Shown in pieces: positions 48,783 to 60,004 of a DNA stretch of 64,000 nucleotides. The translations under genes and the position numbers were made by a program. Each line of letters begins with the position of its first letter. The first letter of the stretch is position 1. A model generated the notes under the pieces. It saw only the letters and a list, made by a program, of their open reading frames with translations. It ran no database searches and had not been told where the DNA came from. Source of the stretch: Microcoleaceae cyanobacterium (lineage in GTDB: Bacteria > Cyanobacteriota > Cyanobacteriia > Cyanobacteriales > Microcoleaceae); assembly GCA_051652765.1 (NCBI GenBank), contig JBOFUV010000131.1, forward strand, positions 1 through 64,000, in the 5' to 3' direction.

Positions 48783-51700
48783 TCAAGGATTTTTGTAACA
48801 AGCATTTTTGTAAATCACTTCAGCTTCTATGCCTAAAGTTTTAAAACGTTGTGTAACAGCTTCACTATCTTCAACCCAAAGTTGAGGATTATCACTGTAG
48901 AGACGAACCGTTTGTTGATGATTTTGACCTAGAACCAAGACTTCGATTGGGACTTTAACTGCATGGGGATTGCCCGAGTATTCGGTCAGAACAGCCTTCA
49001 GATCATTCAACATTTGAGCTTCCTTTAAAATTGTTTTAGGGAATACTTTAAGCCTGACGACTGGCTGAGAAAATGATTGAATAGAACGATCAGATATCTG
49101 AGAGGTTACTTCTGGCTGAAGCGCAACTGTTGATGATTGAACCAACTCAAACTTAGATAGTTCAGATGTTAATAACTCAGGTTTAACTGACTCAACTGTT
49201 TCAACAATCAGTTGAATCTTATCTTCATCCCGACTATCAGAGCAATCGGCTCGACCTGTGATTAGAACAACTTCGCCTTCCTTCAGTTGATTTTGAATCG
49301 CTTGATAAGTTCGCGGAAAAACGACTGCTTCAACTTGTTGCGTTAAGTCTTCTACCTGTAAAAAAGCCATCGGATCACCCTTTTTTGTAACGTGAAACTT
49401 GACCGTTGTCAGCATTACAATTGCCTTGATCATAGACTTGCTTTTCTGTTCTGAGATCTCAGATAAAGTGATCACATCTGGATCTGAATTTGCGGCAACA
49501 ATTGTTTTTAAAGGGTGATCTGAAACATAAAATCCTAGCAATTCTTTCTCAAATTGTAACTTTTCTTGGGTTGGAAAATCTTCAACTTTGGGGGCAGGAG
49601 GAGCATCCTCATGGGATTGACTGGTCAACGAAGTTTCACCCAGAAGATCAAAAATACTGCCTTGACCAATCGCTCGATCTTTGGCCTTATTTTGCGCCCA
49701 AGCCGTTAACTTTTCTAGATGCTGAATCGATTGTTTGCGATTTGGATTTAGACTGCTCAGTGCACCACATTTCACTAAAGATTCTAAAGCACGACTATTC
49801 ACAATCTGTAGACTAACGCGATCGCAAAAATCTGCTAAATCCTTAAATTTTCCACCCTCATGACGAGCAGACAAAATATTCTCAATTGCCCCCTCTCCAA
49901 CATTTTTAATTGCAGAAAGACCAAAAATAATTTTGCCATCTGTTGGCGTAAAATCAAACCCCGATTGATTGACATCTGGCGGGACAACATTGATCTTTAG
50001 TCTCCGTTGACAAGAATCAATATATTTCTGAATTTTATCAGTAGTGCCACTGTTTTCTGTGAGTAAAGCCGCCATGTACTCAACAGGATAGTTTGCCTTT
50101 AAATATGCCGTAATATAAGTTACATAGCCATAGGCAGTCGAGTGAGATTTGTTAAAACAATACTCTGCAAACTTAACCATCTTGTCGAACAAACTTTTGG
50201 CAATCTTTTGATCAATTCCATTTTCACTTGTCCGAGCAATAAAAGTTTCCTGGTGCTTTTCCATCTCTGAGACTTTCTTCTTTCCCATAGCTCGACGGAG
50301 TAAATCTGCTTCGCCCAGGGAATAATTTGCCAAGTCCTGAGCGACTCTCATAATCTGCTCTTGATAGACTAAAATTCCGTAGGTTTCTTGAAGAATGGGT
50401 TCCAACAAAGGATGCTCGTATTCAATCGGTTCTCGGCCATGTTTGCGATTAATAAAATCAGGAATCAAACCTGCATCAAGCGGCCCTGGTCGATAGAGGG
50501 CTAGAATCGACGATAAATCTTCAATACTAGACGGCTTCAGATCCCTAACAATTTGTCGCATTCCTGAGGATTCAAGCTGAAAGATGCCTTCTAAATCTCC
50601 TTTAGCCAGAAGATGATAGGTTTTTTGAATATCTTCGGGCAGTTTTTTTGCTGTACCACGGGCTAAAATTTCCATGGTTTTCCGTTCAGAGGCTGGAAGT
50701 TCATAGGGGTCAATCGTCAGGCTATAATTCTGCTGAATATAACCGAGCGATCGCTGGATTGTTGTTAAATTCTTCAGCCCTAGGAAATCCATTTTCAACA
50801 ATCCAATGGCCTCAATATCTTCCATAAAATATTGAGTAATCACGGCCCCGTCATTATTTCTTTGGAGTGGAACAATTTCATCCAAAGCCTCCTTGGAAAT
50901 TACAACTCCAGCTGCATGAACCCCAAAGGTTTTATTAGTACCTTCAATCCGAATTGCCATGTCTAGCCATTGTCGCACTGGAATTGTATTGATCTCTTCT
51001 CCAGCATCATTCTTAATTGGAACGTGTTCTTGTTCATAAGCCGTTTTAAATTCTAATGAAGGCGTTTCATCAGAAATCATGACCTTAAGCTTTGCAGGTT
51101 TTCCACGGGATACCGGAATTAACTTTGCCATTTGATCCGATTTACTATACGGAATTCCCAGAACTCGCGCCACATCTCTTAACACCGCCTTGGATGTCAT
51201 CCGATTGAAGGTAATAATTTGAGAGACCTTATCCTTGCCGTATTTGTCTGTAACATATTGAATCATTTCATCCCGCCGTTCAATACAAAAGTCCGTATCA
51301 ATATCCGGCATTGACTTTCGTTCTGGATTTAAAAATCGCTCAAATAACAAGCCATGATGAACGGGATCAATATTTGTAATTTCTAGTGCATAAGCGACCA
51401 GAGAACCTGCTGCCGAACCTCGGCCAGGGCCAACTGGAATATCATGATCTCTGGCATATTTGATATAGTCCCAAACCACCAGAAAATAGGTTGAAAATCC
51501 CATTTTCTGCATCATTTTTAGTTCGTAGTCTAAGCGCTCTCGATAAACAGAACTGACTTCAGTCCGATTGTCTGCTTTTAATCGTTCTAGGAGTCCTTGC
51601 CAAGCGACTTCTTCTAAGTAGGTATCGGGAGTATAATTGGCAGGCAGTGGATAATCTGGGATGCGGGGTTCCCCTAAAATTCCAGTATAGTCCTCAACTT

Positions 51701-52529
51701 TTTCAGCAACGGTTACTGTGTTGGCGATCGCGGTTTTGATCACATCTTCTGGTAGATGATCTTGGAACAATTGAGCCATTTCTTCAGCAGATTTTAAATA
51801 TTCTGTACCGCTATAGCGCATTCGTCGCTCATCTACAATTAATTTTTGCGTGTTGATACACAACAAAGCATCGTGAGCTTCAACGTCATTGCAGGAGATA
51901 AAATGAGAGTCATTAGTGGCAATAATTTCAATGTCAAATTCCCGCGCAATTTTTACGAGTTCAACATTCACTAAACGGTCTTCAAGAGAGCCATGATCTT
52001 GAACTTCAAGATAGTAGTCTTCTTCAAAAATTTGCTTGTACCATTGAGCAATGGTTCGAGCTACATCATATCTGCCTTGCAAAATAGCTTGAGGAATTTC
52101 TCCTCCCAGACAGGCACTCGTGACAATTAAGCCTTCATGATATTGTTCTAACAGTTCTTTGTTAATACAAGGACGAGCAAAAATTCCCTTTCCTTGAAAT
52201 CCTTGAAGATGGGAAATCGTCGTGAGTTTAACCAGATTTTTATAACCTTGAGTATTTTTAGCCAAGACAACCTGATGGTATTTTTTTCGTCGAGTTTCTT
52301 GCTTTTCAAGTTCCCCATTGACTACATACATTTCATTCCCAATAATGGGTTTAATTCCTTTGTTTTGACAGAGTTTAATCAACTCGACTGCCCCGTACAT
52401 TACCCCGTGATCGGTAACAGCGATTGCTGTCATTTCTAACTCTAATGCTCGATCAATCAATTGGGGTAATTGAGACGCTCCATCCAGCAAGCTATAATCA
52501 CTATGAATATGTAACCCAACAAAAGACAT
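48783..52529 (-). CDS. dnaE: DNA polymerase III alpha subunit, contiguous and intein-free
   Basis: PHP domain ([11 protein letters not shown]), [37 protein letters not shown] fold; a single 1248-aa ORF. Confidence 0.97.
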   Translation of the reverse strand: MSFVGLHIHSDYSLLDGASQLPQLIDRALELEMTAIAVTDHGVMYGAVELIKLCQNKGIKPIIGNEMYVVNGELEKQETRRKKYHQVVLAKNTQGYKNLVKLTTISHLQGFQGKGIFARPCINKELLEQYHEGLIVTSACLGGEIPQAILQGRYDVARTIAQWYKQIFEEDYYLEVQDHGSLEDRLVNVELVKIAREFDIEIIATNDSHFISCNDVEAHDALLCINTQKLIVDERRMRYSGTEYLKSAEEMAQLFQDHLPEDVIKTAIANTVTVAEKVEDYTGILGEPRIPDYPLPANYTPDTYLEEVAWQGLLERLKADNRTEVSSVYRERLDYELKMMQKMGFSTYFLVVWDYIKYARDHDIPVGPGRGSAAGSLVAYALEITNIDPVHHGLLFERFLNPERKSMPDIDTDFCIERRDEMIQYVTDKYGKDKVSQIITFNRMTSKAVLRDVARVLGIPYSKSDQMAKLIPVSRGKPAKLKVMISDETPSLEFKTAYEQEHVPIKNDAGEEINTIPVRQWLDMAIRIEGTNKTFGVHAAGVVISKEALDEIVPLQRNNDGAVITQYFMEDIEAIGLLKMDFLGLKNLTTIQRSLGYIQQNYSLTIDPYELPASERKTMEILARGTAKKLPEDIQKTYHLLAKGDLEGIFQLESSGMRQIVRDLKPSSIEDLSSILALYRPGPLDAGLIPDFINRKHGREPIEYEHPLLEPILQETYGILVYQEQIMRVAQDLANYSLGEADLLRRAMGKKKVSEMEKHQETFIARTSENGIDQKIAKSLFDKMVKFAEYCFNKSHSTAYGYVTYITAYLKANYPVEYMAALLTENSGTTDKIQKYIDSCQRRLKINVVPPDVNQSGFDFTPTDGKIIFGLSAIKNVGEGAIENILSARHEGGKFKDLADFCDRVSLQIVNSRALESLVKCGALSSLNPNRKQSIQHLEKLTAWAQNKAKDRAIGQGSIFDLLGETSLTSQSHEDAPPAPKVEDFPTQEKLQFEKELLGFYVSDHPLKTIVAANSDPDVITLSEISEQKSKSMIKAIVMLTTVKFHVTKKGDPMAFLQVEDLTQQVEAVVFPRTYQAIQNQLKEGEVVLITGRADCSDSRDEDKIQLIVETVESVKPELLTSELSKFELVQSSTVALQPEVTSQISDRSIQSFSQPVVRLKVFPKTILKEAQMLNDLKAVLTEYSGNPHAVKVPIEVLVLGQNHQQTVRLYSDNPQLWVEDSEAVTQRFKTLGIEAEVIYKNACYKNP

Positions 52530-52554
52530 AGATTTAAGTAGTCAAATAAATAAG

Positions 52555-54333
52555 ATGATTGATTTTCGTAATCTTAACACTATCTGGACTTCTATTTTAG
52601 TTGAAACGCTACATTGTCTGGGGTTAAAAACAGCAATTCTTTGTCCAGGTTCACGGTCTGGCCCGTTAACAGTTGCCTTTGCTCAACACCCTGAAATCGA
52701 GTCAATTCCTATCTTAGATGAGCGTTCTGCTGCGTTTTTTGCCCTAGGAACAGCTCGAAAATCTGGCCTACCTACGGTTTTAGTCTGTACATCCGGAACA
52801 GCAGGAGCTAATTTCTATCCTGCGGTCATTGAAGCTAAAGAAAGTTGTATACCTCTGATTATTTTAACAGCCGATCGCCCCCCTGAACTGAGAAACTGTC
52901 ATGCTGGACAAACCGTAGATCAAGTAAAGTTATATGGCCATTATCCCAATTGGCAAATGGAGTTGAGATTACCTGCAATTGAGTTCAAAGCATTATCCTA
53001 TCTTCGACAGATGATCATCTATAGTTGGGAGCGATCACTAATCCCTATTCCCGGCGTTGTTCATCTCAATCTTCCCTTTGATATCCCTTTAGATCCGATC
53101 TCAAAACTAGAGGCTAATGCCCTAGAAAATCAGTTTCCAACTGATTTTTTTATAACTGTAAAACAGGGAAAAAACATCCGTTCAGTCTTGGATTTGGAAC
53201 CTCCTCTTACCTCTTATTTAAGTCATTGGCAGTCTTATGATCGTGGTATTTTAATTGCGGGAGTAGCCCAACCCAATTGTCCTCAAGTTTATGCTCAAGC
53301 TGTTATGCAATTGGCTCGTTTTTTGAATTGGCCAATCTTAGCTGAAGGGCTATCTCCTGTGCGGAATTATCATCATCTTTACGAACCGATCATTTCAACC
53401 TATGATTTGATTTTACGTAATCCTCAATTAGCAGAATCCCTATCCCCTCAAGTTGTGATTCAAGTGGGGGAATTGCCCACAAGCAAACTGTTGCGTACTT
53501 GGCTTGAAGAGACTGCCGTTGAGACTTTTATTTTGGATTCAACCTATCAAAATCTAGACCCATTACATCGTCCAACATTACATTTGCGAATCTCGATAGA
53601 ACAGCTTCTAGAAGTTTTGTTATCAGAGAACTTCTTAACCTCAGATCCAGCAAAGCCGTCTACTTATTTAAACCAATGGTTGAATGTAGAAATTCAAGCT
53701 AGAGCCTTGATCAACGAGGGGATGAAAACCTTAGATGAACTAATAGAGCCTAAGGTTTCCTGGCTACTTCCTCAAGTTTTGCCGATGAAGACTCCCATTT
53801 TTATTTCGAATAGTATGCCTGTTCGGGATGTTGAATTCTTTTGGCAGCCTAATTCTAGTCAAATTCAACCCTTTTTTAACCGGGGGGCAAATGGAATTGA
53901 TGGAACTTTATCAACTGCATTAGGCATTGCTCATCGGAATCAAAGTAGTGTTTTGCTGACGGGAGACCTGGCCCTTTTACATGACATTAATGGGTTTTTA
54001 TTCCACAATCAACTTCGAGGACATTTAACAATTTTATTAATTAATAATCAAGGCGGTGGGATTTTTGAAATGCTACCGATTGCTAGATTTGATCCCCCAT
54101 TTGAAAAGTTTTTTGCCACTCCTCAAGCGATTAATTTTGCTCAACTGTGTACCGCTTATCCAGTTGCTTATCAGATGATTTCATCTTGGTCAGAACTAGA
54201 AAGGGCTCTGAGTCCTTTACCTCAGTCTGGAATCCGAGTTCTGGAAATTTGCACGAATCGGAAATCAGACGCATTATGGCGATTGCAATTATTTAATCGG
54301 TTCAGCGTCGAAGACCTGAATTTAGGGCTTTAA
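52555..54333 (+). CDS. menD: SEPHCHC synthase MenD
   Basis: CPGSRSGPL, DERSAAFFALG, CTSGTA, TADRPPEL, NRGANGIDG, GDLALLHD, NNQGGGIF. Confidence 0.95.
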   Translation: MIDFRNLNTIWTSILVETLHCLGLKTAILCPGSRSGPLTVAFAQHPEIESIPILDERSAAFFALGTARKSGLPTVLVCTSGTAGANFYPAVIEAKESCIPLIILTADRPPELRNCHAGQTVDQVKLYGHYPNWQMELRLPAIEFKALSYLRQMIIYSWERSLIPIPGVVHLNLPFDIPLDPISKLEANALENQFPTDFFITVKQGKNIRSVLDLEPPLTSYLSHWQSYDRGILIAGVAQPNCPQVYAQAVMQLARFLNWPILAEGLSPVRNYHHLYEPIISTYDLILRNPQLAESLSPQVVIQVGELPTSKLLRTWLEETAVETFILDSTYQNLDPLHRPTLHLRISIEQLLEVLLSENFLTSDPAKPSTYLNQWLNVEIQARALINEGMKTLDELIEPKVSWLLPQVLPMKTPIFISNSMPVRDVEFFWQPNSSQIQPFFNRGANGIDGTLSTALGIAHRNQSSVLLTGDLALLHDINGFLFHNQLRGHLTILLINNQGGGIFEMLPIARFDPPFEKFFATPQAINFAQLCTAYPVAYQMISSWSELERALSPLPQSGIRVLEICTNRKSDALWRLQLFNRFSVEDLNLGL

Positions 54334-54635
54334 ACAGGAGCTTGAGCCAGTAAAGCATCTAGATTTCCGGCTGTATTCAGGTGATGGAGATCGTCACAGC
54401 CACCGATGTGTTGATTGTTGATAAAGATTTGTGGGACTGAACGACGACCATTCGCCCGCTCTGACATTTTAATCCGGGCGGCTCCGTCGCCGTCAATTTT
54501 GTATTCAGTGTATTGAACTCCTTTCCACCACAGGAGTAACTTTGCTCGAATGCAATAGGGGCAGGTTTGCCAGGTATAAATTTCGACGTTAGCTTTAACC
54601 TGATCCGAACGATGCTTAAAAAAGGCGTTTAGCAT
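54330..54635 (-). CDS. grxC: Glutaredoxin 3
   Basis: CPYC, SVPQIFI, GGCDD; shares the TTAA stop overlap with menD. Confidence 0.9.
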   Translation of the reverse strand: MLNAFFKHRSDQVKANVEIYTWQTCPYCIRAKLLLWWKGVQYTEYKIDGDGAARIKMSERANGRRSVPQIFINNQHIGGCDDLHHLNTAGNLDALLAQAPV

Positions 54636-54672
54636 TGGAGTAGAACCTCTCTAAAAAGCAGTTGACTGAAAG

Positions 54673-54927
54673 CTAATAGCTATTAACACTCAACCGTCTA
54701 GTTCCTGGCTTAACTCGATTGCCCCGACGGAAGTCTTTTAACATGACTGCGTAATAGTAGCCCACGAAGCACAGGTTAATGCCAAAGAAAACGGCAGTGA
54801 GCAAAAATCTCAACACAGAGGCGATACCAAAGTCTGAGAACAGGGCAAACATTGAAAAGACGACTGAACACAGGCCAAACCCAGAGGCAAAAGAGCTGAG
54901 AACTAGAAGACGAATTTTAGACATCAC
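54673..54927 (-). CDS. Small hypothetical membrane protein (2 TM)
   Basis: Two hydrophobic segments and a basic tail; no recognised family. Confidence 0.45.
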   Translation of the reverse strand: MMSKIRLLVLSSFASGFGLCSVVFSMFALFSDFGIASVLRFLLTAVFFGINLCFVGYYYAVMLKDFRRGNRVKPGTRRLSVNSY

Positions 54928-55210
54928 TGAACTAGAGAATTACTTAACGGTATATCTGACGGTTGTCTGCTGAACTTGGTTAAGGAACAGAACTGCTGTC
55001 ATCTCTCAGAGGTTGAACAGTATAGTTCTATCTAAAAGCAAGCCATGGCTCAACTTCTTCAAGATCATTGACTCTGTCAATCAGAGTTTTAACTTCGTAT
55101 TTTATCTGTATTTTAGCGATGTTTTAACGATGTTTTAAAGACCTCAAGTCAATTTCTCCAATTGGCTGAGGCGGGCGTTTGCCCGCATTGCCTTTTAACA
55201 GCTCACTGAT

Positions 55211-55981
55211 TTACATCTTATCCAGTTGTTGGCGTAGGTCTTCTAGTTCAGCATCCACTACAGTAGAAGCCTGGACACCACTACTTCCTGCAGGCAACTG
55301 ACCTTGAACTTGGGGTGCAGGGCCAAGCTGCATCTGAGCTTTGAGAGATGCCAGTTCATCATCAACATCGGTGCCTGCTTCTAGCTGAGCGAATTGACTC
55401 TCTAGGTCTGATCCTGCGAGTTCCCCAGCAGCTTGGGATTTGGCTTCCATTTGTAAGACTTTTTCTTCCATCCGCTCGAAAGCAGCAGCCGAGCCTGATG
55501 TATTGATACCCCCAATCATGCCCTGCAATTGCTCATTCGCTTTGGCTGCTTGAGACCGAGCCTTGAGCATGTTTTTCTTCGTTTTTGCCTCAGAAATCTT
55601 ACTCTCTAGAGTAATTAGATTGCGTCTGAGGCCGTCAACCTGGGAGGTTTGTTGATCGAGGGTGCCTTTAATCGCATTTGCTTGTTCTGTGAAGCTTTTC
55701 TTCCGCTGTAAAGCTTCCCTGGCTAGGCCCTCATCCCCTTTTTGCAATGCCAGTTGCGCGCGGGTTTGCCACTGGTTGGCCTGGGATTGATACTGATTGT
55801 ATTGTTGCTGGCTGCGCTTTTCGGTTGCGATCGCCTGGGCAACAGCCTGACGAAGCTGCACCATATCCTCTTGCATATCAATCACAGCCTGCTCCAGGAT
55901 TTTCTCTGGATCTTCAGCCTTACTAACCAGATCATTCAAGTTTGATCTAACAACTCGGTTAATGCGATCAAATAGTCCCAT
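55211..55981 (-). CDS. vipp1: PspA/IM30 family protein with C-terminal extension (Vipp1/IM30)
   Basis: MGLFDR...AEDPEKILEQ, AFERMEEKV, C-terminal VDAELEDLRQQLDKM helix. Confidence 0.85.
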   Translation of the reverse strand: MGLFDRINRVVRSNLNDLVSKAEDPEKILEQAVIDMQEDMVQLRQAVAQAIATEKRSQQQYNQYQSQANQWQTRAQLALQKGDEGLAREALQRKKSFTEQANAIKGTLDQQTSQVDGLRRNLITLESKISEAKTKKNMLKARSQAAKANEQLQGMIGGINTSGSAAAFERMEEKVLQMEAKSQAAGELAGSDLESQFAQLEAGTDVDDELASLKAQMQLGPAPQVQGQLPAGSSGVQASTVVDAELEDLRQQLDKM

Positions 55982-56157
55982 GACGCTGTTCTTCCTTAAA
56001 ACAAATAGTAGTTAGGGTTCATCGTCCTTCAGAAGCATTTCGCCTCAAGTAGCCTAATCAGTTATTCAGATTGCCCTATGGAAATGCTACCAGTCCTACG
56101 TCCAGTTTAGCGCTAGAACTGAAAATCCTAACTCCCATTCCTAGGGTTAACGTCCCA

Positions 56158-56847
56158 CTAGGGATGCTCAATTTCGGTATCTTGGCCTCTGAGCAAAAGT
56201 CGGGCCTTCATAGCTGCAAGTTCAGCATCAACATCTCCCCCCGCTTCTAATGCCGCAAATTGCCGCTCGATTTCAGTCGAGGTCAAGCTAGCACTGGCCT
56301 CCGAGCGGGCTTCTAGTTGAATCACCTGATCCTCCATCCGCTCAAACGCTGTCCAGACACCATTGGTGGACATATTACCCAGAGCCTGATTGAGTTTTTC
56401 AGCCGCCTTAGCCGAGCGAGCACGGGCAGTGTAGAGGTCTTTTTTGGCTTTCATCTCGCTAATTTTGACTTCTAGCTGTCGCATGTTGCGCCGGAGTCCA
56501 TCAACGATTTGAGTTTGTTGCTCCAACTGTAGCCTTGTTGCCGTAGAGGTTTCAAGGTAAGACTTCCTTCGGGTCAGGGCATCCCGCGCCAACCCTTCCT
56601 GCCCTTTTTGCAGGGCCAGTTGAGCCCGACGATACCATTCTTCCTGGGTATCCCTAGCTTGAACATACTGGCGCTCCGTTCGTTTTTGGGTGGCGATCGC
56701 TTGAGCAACGGCTTGCCGGAGTTGTAGCAAGTCTTCTTGCATATCCATGAGCACTTGCTCCAGAATTTTCTCTGGATCTTCAGCTTGGCTCACCAAACTA
56801 TTCAGGTTGGCCCGAATCACTTGCCAGAGACGACTTAGAACTCCCAT
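56158..56847 (-). CDS. pspA: PspA/IM30 family protein (PspA-like paralogue)
   Basis: AEDPEKILEQ, AFERMEDQV, VDAELAAMK; lacks the Vipp1 tail. Confidence 0.8.
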   Translation of the reverse strand: MGVLSRLWQVIRANLNSLVSQAEDPEKILEQVLMDMQEDLLQLRQAVAQAIATQKRTERQYVQARDTQEEWYRRAQLALQKGQEGLARDALTRRKSYLETSTATRLQLEQQTQIVDGLRRNMRQLEVKISEMKAKKDLYTARARSAKAAEKLNQALGNMSTNGVWTAFERMEDQVIQLEARSEASASLTSTEIERQFAALEAGGDVDAELAAMKARLLLRGQDTEIEHP

Positions 56848-56949
56848 GACTCAACGTAGTTTTCCATCAGGTTAATCAACCATTCGACAGACGTATGCTT
56901 CGCACTTAGCTCTTAGCTTAACTTTTATCTTCTAACTTGGCTTTTTAAT

Positions 56950-58272
56950 TTACTCCCCTGCAGTCGGAATATCAAACTGAGGAGAAAGACCTCGATCACT
57001 TAACTCCTTCGCAAGCTGTTGAGCCGCAGTTTGGGTATCCAATGCCCCCAGTTGAATCTGGGTACCCGCTTTGAATTCCCGGACGTAGGCATCAGGCACA
57101 ATTACCCTGGCTTTCTCCAGAGAACTCACATCACTGTAGGGTACGACTACGTAATACAAACCATCCACGGCCCGAGTCGGCTCAGTCTGGGGCTGATTGG
57201 CTGATTGATTAGCTTGATTAGCTGGAGGAGTTGCGCCTGCTGCGGGCTGAGGAGATGGCGTTGCGGCAGCTTGCGTTGCCGGGGCCTGAGGCTCTGGCAA
57301 CAGTTCCTTGCTGAGATTGTTCAAGCTAGGGCCTGTGGGCTGGAGGGTTGGGGGGGCTAAATTTTGGGGTGGGTTAAGGGGGTTGGCTGGAGACACCACT
57401 GGGGCTGGAATTGGACTAGGGCTAGGATTGACGTTGCTGAGAGTATTGAGGTCAAGGTCAACAAACTCCTGGGCTGCAAGGTTCGGCGACTGCGCTGAAC
57501 TGCCTGGTGAGGATGAGACTGGCGCTGCGGTATTGCCTGAAGAGGGTTGAGGAAGGGTCTCTGGATCGCCCGCCTTGAAAAAGCGGTTCAATCCCAAGGT
57601 TGCTCTGCCGTTGGGGGACATCACAACATAACCCAGGGTCATACAGGAGCCCAAAAGCAACAACATGGAGACAATTCCCAAAGGGCTAAGCAAACTAGCA
57701 ATTGAGCTGCGCTGACCCCGGACTCTTGCCCTAGGCTGATCAATAGTTTTCACCAAGGCTTCGGAAGATTCCAAGTAATCTTCCGGGGGCGTGAGATATT
57801 GCTCCGAACCTGATGATGTAGAACTAGCTCTTGAAGAATTTGTTCTTAAAGAATTGGCCCTTGCAGAACTTGTTCCTAAGCTGTGAAAGCCCTGGGTTGA
57901 GCCGCTTTGGACTTGAGTCCGGGGAACTAAAGGGGCAGCCTCCGTATTCATCACAACTGATTCCCAACCTGCTGGGGAAGTTGCAGTGCCTAACGTCTGA
58001 CCAACCCGGTTAGAATCTGCACTTGTAGAACCTGCACTGGGTTCTAGGCGACTATCGTCTGAAGTTACAGCCAAGACTTGAGACGGTTTGTGGGCGTGCT
58101 GGGTATTGGCGGGATCAAGCGAAATTTGTTTGATGCGCTTGCGCTGACGACGATATCGAGTGAGTTCTTCTTCCAATTGAACATCTAGACAACCAAGGAC
58201 TGATTGAAGCTGAGGCGATATCTCCGACTGAGAAGAAGCGGTTGAGAATGAAGAACTGATCGGCTGAATCAT
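56950..58272 (-). CDS. Conserved cyanobacterial membrane protein with SPOR-like C-terminus
   Basis: LDVQLEEELTRYRRQ, PEDYLESSEAL, one TM, Pro-rich linker, YYVVV...VPDAYVR...IQLGAL. Confidence 0.65.
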   Translation of the reverse strand: MIQPISSSFSTASSQSEISPQLQSVLGCLDVQLEEELTRYRRQRKRIKQISLDPANTQHAHKPSQVLAVTSDDSRLEPSAGSTSADSNRVGQTLGTATSPAGWESVVMNTEAAPLVPRTQVQSGSTQGFHSLGTSSARANSLRTNSSRASSTSSGSEQYLTPPEDYLESSEALVKTIDQPRARVRGQRSSIASLLSPLGIVSMLLLLGSCMTLGYVVMSPNGRATLGLNRFFKAGDPETLPQPSSGNTAAPVSSSPGSSAQSPNLAAQEFVDLDLNTLSNVNPSPSPIPAPVVSPANPLNPPQNLAPPTLQPTGPSLNNLSKELLPEPQAPATQAAATPSPQPAAGATPPANQANQSANQPQTEPTRAVDGLYYVVVPYSDVSSLEKARVIVPDAYVREFKAGTQIQLGALDTQTAAQQLAKELSDRGLSPQFDIPTAGE

Positions 58273-58787
58273 GACGAAATCCTCGCAAAATCTGATGAAG
58301 TCTATGGGGCTACATCCTAGAGAGCGTCTTAAAACTTTCACCTAGACCCTAGCCTAGCATTATTGCTCAACGACCTCTCCGTTCCTTGAATAATATCAAG
58401 TTTTCTGAAGTTTCGATGAGAACCAGTGGCCTCAAGCCTTGTTGGAAAAAATGACTGCTTCTTTAAGGGTTATTAAAGATCGATCAGATTTAATCCACTT
58501 AAAATGTGTTTTTGATCACAAACTCTAATCCAATTTTCACTTGATCCCCAGTCACTTTTCTGCTGTTATTCCCCTCAGTAGACAGGTTTTACAGATCTTA
58601 ATATTCCTGCCTTTGAATGTATCTGTGTTTAAAGCAAATCTAAAGTAAACCTAAAAATCAGATGTATCCCAACCTGGCTCTAACTGGTATGGGATCACGA
58701 CTAACAGGCATTTAAACCAGATTTTCAGTAGATCAGAATAAAAGATATGAATCAGCAGGCCGAAAATGATTTTATGAAAATAATTTT

Positions 58788-59054
58788 ATGAAAATAACCG
58801 ATCGCCAAACTTCTTGCTGTCGCTATTGCCAACACTACACTCCCGAAGGACGGCGAGGTGGTCAATGTAGTCAACTCAACGTTCCGGTTCATGGCGAGTG
58901 GGGCGCATGTTCCCTTGCGGTGCAAGCTTTTGCTCCAGTCTGGGAACACCCGATGGAAGCGTTAGCGATATCTAGTCAGGTTGCTCCAACTCACACAGAA
59001 ATATTGACCTCAAGCCCCGTGCCCTCAACCTCACCGACTCCTGTTTTGGTTTAA
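58788..59054 (+). CDS. Conserved cyanobacterial Cys-rich small protein
   Basis: CRYCQHYTPEGRRGGQC..L.VPV...W.AC.LA motif. Confidence 0.7.
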   Translation: MKITDRQTSCCRYCQHYTPEGRRGGQCSQLNVPVHGEWGACSLAVQAFAPVWEHPMEALAISSQVAPTHTEILTSSPVPSTSPTPVLV

Positions 59055-59067
59055 GATCGTAGCTTGT

Positions 59068-59901
59068 TTAAGGCAGCCAGGGATACTGACGGAAATTTGG
59101 CTGCCGCTTCTCTAGGAACGCTTGTTTTCCTTCATTCCCCTCGTCGCTCATGTAGTAGAGTAGGGTGGCATTTCCAGCCAATTCCTGTAACCCAGCTTGA
59201 CCATCGCAGTCTGCATTAAAAGCGGCCTTGAGACACCGAATGGCAATCGGACTTTTCTCCAGAATTTCGTTGGCCCATTGAATTCCTTCGGCCTCCAACT
59301 GCTCTACTGGCACAACACAGTTGATCAGGCCCATGTCTAGGGCTTGTTGAGCATCGTATTGGCGACAGAGAAACCAAATCTCGCGGGCTTTTTTCTGGCC
59401 AACACTGCGAGCCAGGTAGCTTGCCCCAAATCCACCGTCAAAACTACCTACCTTTGGGCCAGTCTGACCAAAAATAGCATTGTCAGCCGCAATGGTTAAA
59501 TCACAGATCAAATGCAAGACATGGCCTCCACCAATGGCATAGCCCGCAACTAGGGCGATCGCAACTTTGGGCATGGAACGGATCAGTCGTTGGAGATCGA
59601 GGACATTCAGCCGGGGGATACCTGTTTCATCGACATAGCCTGCTTCCCCCCGCACACTCTGATCTCCCCCTGAACAAAACGCATACTTCCCGTCAGTATG
59701 GGGGCCAGCACCGGTGAATAAAACCACCCCGATCTTGAGATCTTCCCGGACATCGACGAAGGCATCGTACAGTTCGACCACCGTTTTGGGTCGGAAGGCA
59801 TTGCGTTTGTGAGGACGGTTGATTGTGATTTTAGCGATTCCATCCGCTTTCTGATAGAGGATATCCTCGTAGATTTTGACCGTTTGCCAATCAACAGACA
59901 T
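59068..59901 (-). CDS. menB: 1,4-dihydroxy-2-naphthoyl-CoA synthase
   Basis: [38 protein letters not shown]. Start MSVDW at 59901. Confidence 0.96.
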   Translation of the reverse strand: MSVDWQTVKIYEDILYQKADGIAKITINRPHKRNAFRPKTVVELYDAFVDVREDLKIGVVLFTGAGPHTDGKYAFCSGGDQSVRGEAGYVDETGIPRLNVLDLQRLIRSMPKVAIALVAGYAIGGGHVLHLICDLTIAADNAIFGQTGPKVGSFDGGFGASYLARSVGQKKAREIWFLCRQYDAQQALDMGLINCVVPVEQLEAEGIQWANEILEKSPIAIRCLKAAFNADCDGQAGLQELAGNATLLYYMSDEGNEGKQAFLEKRQPNFRQYPWLP

Positions 59902-60004
59902 TGCTCTCTCTGAAGTCCTTTTCTGAAATCCTTTGTGAAAAGGAAGTATAGTACACCCTAAATGCGTTGGTCGAGTCAGACAGAATTTCTTCACAAGTCA
60001 TTGG

